Assembly: GCA_009694185.1 (NCBI GenBank)
Contig: SHVR01000004.1
Coordinates: forward strand, 1,933-65,932
DNA length: 64,000 bases
Source: Alphaproteobacteria bacterium
Lineage (GTDB): Bacteria > Pseudomonadota > Alphaproteobacteria > SHVR01
Direction of reading: 5' to 3'
Positions 40,342-48,225 of this stretch are shown here, piece after piece. Under the pieces are notes generated by a model. That model was not told where the DNA came from. It did not search any database and saw only the letters and a list, made by a program, of their open reading frames with translations. Every line of letters begins with the position of its first letter. Position 1 is the stretch's first letter. Made by a program: the position numbers and the translations under genes.

Positions 40342-40988
40342 CGTTCGGGCGCACGCACAACGGCGTGCAGGAGGGGCGCAAGGTTAGCCTCGGCCGCAAA
40401 AGAGATATCGATGTCGATTCTCGGCAGTGGCCGTGGCGGGTCTGGCGCGATCTCGGCAACGGGCAACGCGGCCCCCCGCGGCGGACCGGCCGGGCGAGAA
40501 TCGGGGACAGGCTTGATTTTGCTTCTTGCGGCCACCGCGCGCCGCCGGGAGAACAGCGGGTCGCGGTCCATGACAGCGTCGAGCTGCGCCACCAGCCAGC
40601 GCACGCGTTGCCGTCCGCCTGGGAAGTATTGAAGCACCGCGCGCCACTCGGTCAAACCATGGCATTCAAGGAGCGACCGGGCCGCCGAGCGCGTTTTCTC
40701 CTGCGTCAGCACCAGTGCGTGCAGCAGGTGATCGGTCGGCGTCGCGGCGTACCGCTTGGCGAACCGCTTGAGGAATACGCGCGCCCGCTCGGGTCGCCCG
40801 TCCAAGAGCGCCGCCGTGGCGGCGAGCATGAGGACGATCGGATCGCCGGGGCAGGTAGCAACCGCCGACTCGCCAAGCACGAGGAATCCGGAGTCACGAT
40901 CCGCGTCGTCGAAAGCCAGCGACAGCCGCTCCTTCCACGCGTCGGCATCGCCCGGCGGTTCGAAAGGAAGGGGAAATTGGTTCGGCAA
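40338..40988 (-). CDS. Uncharacterised N-terminal module, probably originally fused to the SNF2 core
   Basis: The TTG at 40988 has a GGAGG Shine-Dalgarno 9 nt upstream. Helical domain, then a Pro-rich linker, then ..RIDIDISFAAEANLAPLLHAVVRAPER. The frame has no stop until 40203, and that tail looks out-of-frame. Confidence 0.5.
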
Positions 40989-41146
40989 GGCGGCACGCCT
41001 CCACGGGCCGCGGTGTCAACAAGGCTAGCAGGCTCCGGGTGGGATCCGCACGCCCGCCTCAACCCTTGACAATGTGCGGGCGGGCGGGTCGAAATGGCGC
41101 CAATCAAGCCAATAAGTCTCGAACCGGATTTTTTGGGAGGTTTCGC

Positions 41147-42460
41147 ATGATCTCGGACCGTCGCTATCGCCTCGGATCGGCCTTGCTGGCCGCGGCCTTG
41201 CTGGTTGGCGCGCCGTTCGCGGCCGACGCCCAGGAAAAGAAACTCAAGATTGGCGTGGTCTATGACTATACCGGCCCGATGGCCGGCGGTGGCTCGGAGC
41301 TGCAAGCGCTCGGCGCCAAGATCATGATCGACCACTTCATCAAGCAGGGCGGCGTCGAAGGCTACAAGATCGAAGCCATCTACGCCGACGCCCAGTCGAA
41401 GCCCGAGATCGCCATCAACGAGGCGGTCCGCCTGATCGAGCAGGAAAAGGTCGACATGGTGCTGGGCTTCTACTCCTCGGCCCATTGCGTGCCGGTGGCG
41501 GCCAGGGTCGAGCAGCTCAAGAAATTCATGTGGATCACCACCTGCATCTCCTCGGCGGTTCTGGAGAATCGCAACCTGAAATACGTCTTCCGCTCGCAGC
41601 CGAGCGGCCGCCAGTTCGGCCTGATGTCCGCGGACTTCGTCGCGCAGAACACCAAGGCGAAGTTCGGCAAGGAAGCCAAGGATTTGCGCGTTGCCATTAT
41701 CCATGAGGACGGGGCCTATGGCGCCGACGTCTCGCGCGGCAATGAGGAAGGCGCCAAGAAGGCGGGCTTCAACATCGTGCTCAAGGAAGGTTATTCCGCG
41801 TCCGCGCCCGATCTCTCGTCCATGGTCACCAAGCTGAAGCGGGGCAACCCGGATGTCATCTTCCATACGGGCTACAATCCGGACATCACCCTCTTCCTCC
41901 GCCAGGCGCGCGAGCTTGGCCTCCGGTTCAACGCCCTCATCGGCCATGGCGCCGGCTATGGCGTCTACGACAAGCTCAAGGAATCCCTGGGCACCGATGT
42001 GAACCATTTCTTCAATGTCGATCCGATCTCGATCTGGCTGACCAACCAGAAGGCGCTCAAGGCCGATCTGCCGGCGATGATCAAGTTGATCGGCGACGAA
42101 TATGAGAAGGCGCGCCCGGGCATTGGCATCAAGTCGGCGCATGTCGGCATGGCCGCGAGCAATACCTATGTCTTCATGACCGAGGTCCTGCCGCGCGCCA
42201 TCAAGAAGCATGGCGGCATCGACGCCGAGGCACTCCGCAAGGCGGCGCTCGAGGTCGACCTGCCCGAGGGCGGTACCATGCTCGGCTTCGGCGTCAAGTT
42301 CGAGGGCGAGGGCTCGGCGATGGCCGGCCAGAACGACCGGGCATTCCCGGTCATCGTGCAATATGTCGACGACAAGGCCCATGTGGTGTGGCCGAAGAGC
42401 CTGCAACTTCTAGATCCCATCATGCCGCTGCCCGCTGCCTCGCCCTATGCCAAGAAATAG
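41147..42460 (+). CDS. ABC transporter substrate-binding protein (LivJ/Peripla_BP_6-like)
   Basis: Signal peptide (..LLVGAPFAADA), KIGVVYDYTGP... pattern. GGGAGG Shine-Dalgarno before ATG 41147. Confidence 0.85.
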   Translation: MISDRRYRLGSALLAAALLVGAPFAADAQEKKLKIGVVYDYTGPMAGGGSELQALGAKIMIDHFIKQGGVEGYKIEAIYADAQSKPEIAINEAVRLIEQEKVDMVLGFYSSAHCVPVAARVEQLKKFMWITTCISSAVLENRNLKYVFRSQPSGRQFGLMSADFVAQNTKAKFGKEAKDLRVAIIHEDGAYGADVSRGNEEGAKKAGFNIVLKEGYSASAPDLSSMVTKLKRGNPDVIFHTGYNPDITLFLRQARELGLRFNALIGHGAGYGVYDKLKESLGTDVNHFFNVDPISIWLTNQKALKADLPAMIKLIGDEYEKARPGIGIKSAHVGMAASNTYVFMTEVLPRAIKKHGGIDAEALRKAALEVDLPEGGTMLGFGVKFEGEGSAMAGQNDRAFPVIVQYVDDKAHVVWPKSLQLLDPIMPLPAASPYAKK

Positions 42461-42493
42461 CCGGGACGGACGGCCGGCATAGGAGAGGGGCCC

Positions 42494-43246
42494 ATGCTGG
42501 CCGTCACCGATTTGTCGAAGCAGTTCGGCGGCTTCACCGCTGTCGATCGGGTGTCGTTCACGGTCGGGAAGGGCGAAATCCTGGGCCTCATTGGCCCGAA
42601 CGGGTCGGGCAAGAGCACCATCTTCAACATGATCTCCGGCACGCTGACGCCGAGCGGCGGGGCGATCGCCTTCGAGGGCAGGGAGATCGGCGGTCTGGCG
42701 CCGCACCGCGTCACCAATCGCGGCATCGGCCGCACCTTCCAGATCCCACGTCCCTTCCGGCGGCTCTCGATCCTCGACAATGTGATCCTCGCCGGCTTCT
42801 ACGGTCAGGGCCGGCACTCGAAGAAGGCGGCCCAGGCGGCGGCCGAACAGGCGCTCGACCTGGTGGGCCTGCCCCATGATCCGCATGCCAAGGTGGACGG
42901 TCTCGGCGCCGCCGGACTGAAGAAGCTCGAACTCGCAAAAGCACTGGCGACCGCGCCCAAGCTGCTCTTGGCCGACGAGAGCCTGGGCGGTCTCGACGAG
43001 CATGAGATGAACCAGGCGGCGGACATGCTGAAGCGCATCCGGCGCGAGACCGGCATCACCATCATCTGGGTGGAACACATCATGGGTGTGCTGATGCGCG
43101 TCGTCGACCGGGTGATGGTGTTGGATCATGGCGAGAAGATCGCCGAGGGTCCGCCGAGCCATGTCGCCAGGGATCCGCGCGTGATCGAAGTCTATTTGGG
43201 CACCGACACCCAGGCCGCCGACGCCGCCCAGACCCGGATCGCCTGA
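42494..43246 (+). CDS. ABC transporter ATP-binding protein (LivG-like)
   Basis: Walker A GPNGSGKST, LivG-type RTFQ motif, Walker B LLLADE. Confidence 0.88.
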   Translation: MLAVTDLSKQFGGFTAVDRVSFTVGKGEILGLIGPNGSGKSTIFNMISGTLTPSGGAIAFEGREIGGLAPHRVTNRGIGRTFQIPRPFRRLSILDNVILAGFYGQGRHSKKAAQAAAEQALDLVGLPHDPHAKVDGLGAAGLKKLELAKALATAPKLLLADESLGGLDEHEMNQAADMLKRIRRETGITIIWVEHIMGVLMRVVDRVMVLDHGEKIAEGPPSHVARDPRVIEVYLGTDTQAADAAQTRIA

Positions 43247-43293
43247 CCCGTCATGCCGCCCGCGCGCCCTCACCCCATGGCCACAACGCGCTC

Positions 43294-43998
43294 ATGCTCG
43301 AACTGAAATCCGTCGACGCCGGTTATGGCAGTTTCCAGGCGCTGTTCGGCGTCTCGCTCAACGTCAAGGCGGGCGAGGCCGTGGGCGTGATCGGCCCGAA
43401 CGGCGCCGGCAAGACCACCTTGATGCGCGTCATCTCCGGCCTGATCCGGCCGCGTGCCGGTTCGATCGCCATGGACGGCATCGACCTGGTGGCGACGCCC
43501 GCCCACGCGATCGTGGAATTGGGCATCGCGCACGCGCCCGAGAACCGGCGCCTCTTCCCGCGCATGACCGTCGAGGACAATCTGCGCATGGGCGCCTTCA
43601 TGAAGGCGGCCAGGCCCAAATTTGCCGAACGGATCGAATTCGTCTATGGCCTCTTTCCGCGCCTCAAGGAACGCCGGCGCCAAGTCGCCGGCACGCTTTC
43701 GGGCGGTGAGCAGCAGATGTGCGCCATCGGCCGGGCGCTGATGTCCGACCCCAAGCTGCTCTTGATGGACGAGCCCTCGGCGGGCCTGGCACCGGTGATC
43801 GTGCAACAGGTCTTCGAGCTGGTCGGCCGCATCCGCGCCAATGGGCTGACCGTCTTGATCGTCGAGCAGAATGTGCAGCAAGTGCTGCGGGTCGTCGACC
43901 GCGCCTATCTTCTCGAAGCCGGCAGCATTCGCGCCTCCGGCGCCGCGGCGACGTTGCTCGCCAGCGACGAAATCCGCCAAGCCTATCTCGGAATTTGA
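43294..43998 (+). CDS. ABC transporter ATP-binding protein (LivF-like)
   Basis: GPNGAGKTT, LSGGEQQM, LLLMDEPS. Confidence 0.88.
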   Translation: MLELKSVDAGYGSFQALFGVSLNVKAGEAVGVIGPNGAGKTTLMRVISGLIRPRAGSIAMDGIDLVATPAHAIVELGIAHAPENRRLFPRMTVEDNLRMGAFMKAARPKFAERIEFVYGLFPRLKERRRQVAGTLSGGEQQMCAIGRALMSDPKLLLMDEPSAGLAPVIVQQVFELVGRIRANGLTVLIVEQNVQQVLRVVDRAYLLEAGSIRASGAAATLLASDEIRQAYLGI

Positions 43999-44010
43999 GG
44001 ACCCCGACGG

Positions 44011-44883
44011 ATGGACTCCATCTTCGACATCTACCTGCTCGAGGCCCTCTTGAACGGCATCCTCCTGGGCGGCGTGCTGGCCTTGCTGGGGCTCGGCCTC
44101 AACCTGGTTTTCGGCGTCATCGACGTGGTCTGGATCTGCTATGCCGAGCTCATCATGCTCGGCATGTACGGCATGTATTATTTGCACAGCGTCTATCACC
44201 TGCCGCTCGTCGTGGCGGGGGCGCTCTCGATCGCGATCGTCGGCGCGCTTGGCGTCGTCCTGCATCTTGTGGTGATCCAGCCGCTCCTGGGCACCGCGCC
44301 GATCAACCAGCTTCTCGCCACCGGCGGCGTGCTGTTCTTCTTGCAGAGTGCCGCGACCGTGCTGTTCGGGATCGAGTTCAAGAATCTGGGCCTGCGCCTG
44401 CCGGTCATCGAACTCTCCGGCATGTTCGTCAGCTACGCGCGCCTGCTCGCCTTTGGCGCGGCCCTCATCGGCATGGTGCTGGTCTATCTATTCCTCGCCA
44501 AAACCTATACCGGGATCGCCATTCGCGCGATTGCCCAGGATCGCCAGATCATGGGGCTGATGGGGGTCGACACCCGCCGGATCTACCTCATCACCTCGGC
44601 CGTGGGCGGCGCTCTCGCCGGCCTCGCCGCCTGTCTCCTGGTGCTGCAATATGACGTGCATCCCTTCGTCGGCCTCTCGTTCGGGCCGATCATTTTCATG
44701 ATTTGCGTCCTCGGTGGGCTCGGCAACATCGTCGGCGGCTTCGTCGCGGCGTTCATCTTCGCCGAGATCATCACCGTCGGCGGGCTCTATCTCGACCTCG
44801 AATGGGGCTATGTGTTCGCCTTCGTCTTCTTCGTCGTCATGATGTTCATCAGGCCCGAGGGCCTGCTCGCGAGGCGGGCATGA
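44011..44883 (+). CDS. Branched-chain amino acid ABC permease (LivH-like)
   Basis: Polytopic membrane protein, 290 aa, in the transporter operon. Confidence 0.85.
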   Translation: MDSIFDIYLLEALLNGILLGGVLALLGLGLNLVFGVIDVVWICYAELIMLGMYGMYYLHSVYHLPLVVAGALSIAIVGALGVVLHLVVIQPLLGTAPINQLLATGGVLFFLQSAATVLFGIEFKNLGLRLPVIELSGMFVSYARLLAFGAALIGMVLVYLFLAKTYTGIAIRAIAQDRQIMGLMGVDTRRIYLITSAVGGALAGLAACLLVLQYDVHPFVGLSFGPIIFMICVLGGLGNIVGGFVAAFIFAEIITVGGLYLDLEWGYVFAFVFFVVMMFIRPEGLLARRA

Positions 44884-45875
44884 AGCGCTGGCTGCCCTGG
44901 ACCATCGCCGGCGCCCTCTTGGTGGCGCTGCCCTTCGTCTATAACGCGCCCTACCCGCTGCATATCATGGTGGTGATCCTGATCTGGTCGTTTGCCTACA
45001 CCTCCTGGTCGATCATGGGCCGCTTCGGCCTAGTCTCCCTCGGCCATGGCGGGTTCATGGGCATCGGCGCCTATGTGACGGCGCTGCTGTGGAATCATGC
45101 CGGCATGTCGCCCTGGCTCTCCATTCCCATGGCTCTCCTCGCATCCGCCACCATCGCCATCCTGGTGGCCTATCCCTGCTTCCGTTTTCGGATCACCGGG
45201 CATTATTTTGCCCTCGTCACCCTGGCGTTGAGCGGCATCGTCCTCCAAGTCATCACGGCGACCCGCGACCATACCGGCGGCTCGCTCGGCTACACGCCCG
45301 AGCGCCATCAAGGCGGCAGTTCGATCTATGCGCTGCAATTCATCGACAAGGAGACCTGGTATCTGATCGCGCTCGGTGTGTGGGCGGCGGGGATCGTCAT
45401 CTGGTACCGGGTGGAGCGCTCCATGATGCGCTACGCCCTCGAGGCCATTTCCGAGGACGAGGACGCGGCGGCGGCGGCCGGCGTCCATGTCACCTGGGAG
45501 AAGCTCAAGGTCACGGTGCTGAGCGCCATGATGACGGCGCTCGCGGGCGCCCTCTATTGCCAATATCAGATGTTCATTTCGCCCGACACGGTGAGCGGCA
45601 TCTCGATCTCGCTGCAAATGGTGTTCGCCGTCGTGGTCGGCGGCATCTATGTCTCGCTCGGGCCGACGATCGGCGCGATCATCACCATTCTGCTGGCCGA
45701 GGTGCTGCGCATTTCCTTCGGTACCGCCGCCGTCGGCTATGACAATCTGGTGTATGGCGTGTTGCTGGTCCTCTTCATCATCTTCTTGCCGAAAGGCATA
45801 TTGGGCGGTCTGATGGAAGCGCGCGCCCGACCCCAGGCGGCGACTGCCGCCCAACCAAAGGCGAGCCGGGCTTGA
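44880..45875 (+). CDS. Branched-chain amino acid ABC permease (LivM-like)
   Basis: The ATG at 44880 overlaps the upstream stop (ATGA). Polytopic membrane protein. Confidence 0.85.
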   Translation: MKRWLPWTIAGALLVALPFVYNAPYPLHIMVVILIWSFAYTSWSIMGRFGLVSLGHGGFMGIGAYVTALLWNHAGMSPWLSIPMALLASATIAILVAYPCFRFRITGHYFALVTLALSGIVLQVITATRDHTGGSLGYTPERHQGGSSIYALQFIDKETWYLIALGVWAAGIVIWYRVERSMMRYALEAISEDEDAAAAAGVHVTWEKLKVTVLSAMMTALAGALYCQYQMFISPDTVSGISISLQMVFAVVVGGIYVSLGPTIGAIITILLAEVLRISFGTAAVGYDNLVYGVLLVLFIIFLPKGILGGLMEARARPQAATAAQPKASRA

Positions 45876-46777
45876 GCGCCGCACCCGACACGATCCCACC
45901 CAGGCGGCCGGGCGGCCCGACCTCGCACACTTTTTTCTCCCAGCGCCTGCGCCTGCATTATGTCGATTGGGGCAACCATGGAGCACCACCCCTCTTGCTG
46001 CTGCATGGCGGGCGCGACCATTGCCGCAATTGGGATTGGGTGGCGGAGGCACTCCGGCACGACTATCACATCTTCGCGCCGGATCTGCGCGGCCATGGCG
46101 ATTCCGAGTGGATGCGGGGCGGCCTCTATGGCATGTCGGAATATACCTACGACCTGGCCCAGCTCCTGCACCAGACCGCGTTGACGCCGATCCGCATCCT
46201 GGCCCATTCCTTGGGCGGATCGATCACGCTCCGCTATGCCGGCATCTATCCCGAGAATGTCTACAAGCTGTTGGCGATCGAAGGGCTCGGCCAATCGCCG
46301 CGCATGATCGCGGAGCGGGCCAGTCTCGCGCCCCACGAACGCATGCAAGCCTGGATCGCCGAAATGCGCCGCCTCGCCGGCCGCGCGCCCAGGCGCTATG
46401 CCACACTGGCCGAGGCGGTCCAGCGCATGCGGGGGGAGAACCCGCATCTCTCCCATGCTCAGGCGCACCATCTCACCCTGCACGGCATGCACCAGAACGA
46501 GGACGGCACCTATAGCTGGAAGTTCGACAATAATGTCCGCGTCGATCGGCCATTCGGCATGGACGTCGCGGAAACCCAGGCACTCTGGGCGCGCATCACC
46601 TGTCCCACGCTCCTGGTCTATGGCAATGAGAGCCGGGCGAGCGATCCGGTCAAGGACGGCCGCGCCGCGCATTTTCGCAATGCCCGCATCCTGCGCATCG
46701 ACGGCGCCGGCCATTGGGTGCATCACGATCAGCTCGTGGCGTTCCTCGCGCACGCGCGGGCGTTCCTCGCCGAGTGA
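45872..46777 (+). CDS. Alpha/beta hydrolase
   Basis: HGGRDH oxyanion region, nucleophile elbow AHSLGG, C-terminal GHWVHHD. A TTG start overlapping the upstream stop is assumed. Confidence 0.8.
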   Translation: MSAAPDTIPPRRPGGPTSHTFFSQRLRLHYVDWGNHGAPPLLLLHGGRDHCRNWDWVAEALRHDYHIFAPDLRGHGDSEWMRGGLYGMSEYTYDLAQLLHQTALTPIRILAHSLGGSITLRYAGIYPENVYKLLAIEGLGQSPRMIAERASLAPHERMQAWIAEMRRLAGRAPRRYATLAEAVQRMRGENPHLSHAQAHHLTLHGMHQNEDGTYSWKFDNNVRVDRPFGMDVAETQALWARITCPTLLVYGNESRASDPVKDGRAAHFRNARILRIDGAGHWVHHDQLVAFLAHARAFLAE

Positions 46778-46878
46778 ACCGACCGGGACTCGTGCCCGCG
46801 GGATCCCCGATTCATCGGCTGGCGGGGCCGAACGATCCCCGGCACACAAGCCAAGACGTCCACGCCCTGGAGCCGTTC

Positions 46879-47198
46879 ATGGCCAACACCGAGACCCCTA
46901 CCCACGGAGCCCCCGCCGAACACGGCCCCGGCGACGATGTCTTCGCCGGCACCATCAATGGCGACGAGACGCTCAACGTCGAGGCGACCAAGGCGGCGGC
47001 GGCCTGATTGCCGTCGCCGATACCATCCGGCCGGAAGCTCGGGCGGTCGTCAAACACCTCCATGCCGCTGGCGTCGGGCGCATCGTCATGCTGACCGGCG
47101 ACAACCGGGTGACGGCGGAAGCGATCGCGCGCGAGGTCGGCGCCTCGCTGGTGGTGGTCGGCAACGGGCTCCGTTTGTTGCGCCATAACACTGGCTGA
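46879..47198 (+). pseudogene. Shredded relic of a heavy-metal P1B-type ATPase
   Basis: Frame a reads ..GPGDDVFAGTINGDETLNVEATK (actuator-domain motif), followed by a stop. Frame b reads GLIAVADTIRPEARAVVKHLHAAGVGRIVMLTGDNRVTAEAIAREVG, joined directly to the extreme C-terminal ASLVVVGNGLRLLR. Most of a 700-800 aa protein is missing. Confidence 0.7.
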
Positions 47199-47229
47199 TC
47201 GCGGCGGTCTTCGCCCACCCGGCTAGCCC

Positions 47230-47403
47230 TCAATGGCGGGCGAACACGGTGCGCCCATCGTTGCCGAACCGGATCGTCGCGTAGGGGTCTTTCCGGCCGC
47301 CTTGCTCCACCCCCGGCGCCGCGTACGCCCCGCCGGCAGCCATGACGGCAAGCGCGGCACCGGTGCTGAAAATCCGTCGGCGCGTCTCTCCACATCCACT
47401 CAT
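47230..47403 (-). CDS. Small Tat-signal protein (57 aa), below the ORF-track length cutoff
   Basis: MSGCGETRRRIFSTGAALAVMAAGGAYAAPGVEQGGRKDPYATIRFGNDGRTVFARH. The ATG overlaps the stop of the CusF-like gene (ATGA). High GC3. Confidence 0.45.
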   Translation of the reverse strand: MSGCGETRRRIFSTGAALAVMAAGGAYAAPGVEQGGRKDPYATIRFGNDGRTVFARH

Positions 47404-47684
47404 GGCTCGACCTCCAACGTCTGCAGCACGAAGGCGCCGCCCTCCTTGGCGACCGTAAAGCGCACCTTGTCGCCCTCCTTCACCTTGTCGAAGAAGGCCG
47501 GGTCTTTGGCCCGGAACAGCATGGTCATGGGCGGCATGTTCATGGCCTCGATCGGCCCGTGCCGGAGCGTGATTCGCCCAGCCGCCTTGTCGACCTTACG
47601 CACCTCGCCCGAGCCCGAGCCGGTCTCCTGGGCCACTGCCAAACCAGCCCACAACAACAGCGCCGCGAATAGGAGTTTTGTCAT
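47400..47684 (-). CDS. CusF-like periplasmic Cu(I)/Ag(I)-binding protein
   Basis: Signal peptide, then ..ITLRHGPIEAMNMPPMTMLF..V..GDKV.F. GGAGG Shine-Dalgarno before ATG 47684. Confidence 0.8.
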   Translation of the reverse strand: MTKLLFAALLLWAGLAVAQETGSGSGEVRKVDKAAGRITLRHGPIEAMNMPPMTMLFRAKDPAFFDKVKEGDKVRFTVAKEGGAFVLQTLEVEP

Positions 47685-47704
47685 CGAACCCCTCCTTGGG
47701 CCGT

Positions 47705-48187
47705 TCACCGCACGACGATCTTGCCGCGCATGCCGCCCTCGAAATGCCCGGGAACGAGGCAGCCGAATTCGAACTCGCCCGGCTTGGTGAACTTCCAGAC
47801 CAAGTTCCCGGCCTTGCTCGGCGGGACCGAGATACCGTTCGGGTCGTCATGCTCCATCTCGGGGTGCAGCAACATCACCTTGGCATGTTCGGTTAGCTCC
47901 TCGATGGTGCCGAGTTGCATCTCATGCTTGAGCTGGCCGGTGTTCTTCACGGTGAAGCGGACGGTCTCGCCGCGTTTCACCGCGATCCGCGCCGGGCTGA
48001 AGCGCATCTGGTCGGTCATGGTGACCTGAACCGTGCGATTGACCGATTTGGGGTTGCCGGGTTCGCCGAGCGCCGCCGCGTGGCCGTCATAGACGGCGTC
48101 ATTGTGCTTCTCGTCGCCATGCGCTTGGGCCGTCGACGCCACGGTCGTCAGCGCAATTGCCGCCGCTATCGAAAGAAAAAAACCCAT
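47705..48187 (-). CDS. Cupredoxin-fold (plastocyanin/azurin-like) copper protein
   Basis: Signal peptide, with type-1 Cu ligands in FGCLVPGHFEGGM. AAGGAG Shine-Dalgarno. Confidence 0.8.
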   Translation of the reverse strand: MGFFLSIAAAIALTTVASTAQAHGDEKHNDAVYDGHAAALGEPGNPKSVNRTVQVTMTDQMRFSPARIAVKRGETVRFTVKNTGQLKHEMQLGTIEELTEHAKVMLLHPEMEHDDPNGISVPPSKAGNLVWKFTKPGEFEFGCLVPGHFEGGMRGKIVVR

Positions 48188-48225
48188 CGTTCCCGCTCCT
48201 TGTCGTCGTCCGGTTCCAATCGGTC

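Noticed and set aside
40706-42406. 566-aa minus-strand ORF
   Set aside because: It is antisense to the Liv-type substrate-binding protein gene, which has a signal peptide, a Shine-Dalgarno and conserved sequence. The ORF also runs through the intergenic promoter region.
46398-47198. 266-aa ORF treated as a gene
   Set aside because: Its first two thirds are an out-of-frame reading of the hydrolase gene. Only the last 65 or so codons carry P-type ATPase motifs, which I report as part of the pseudogene.
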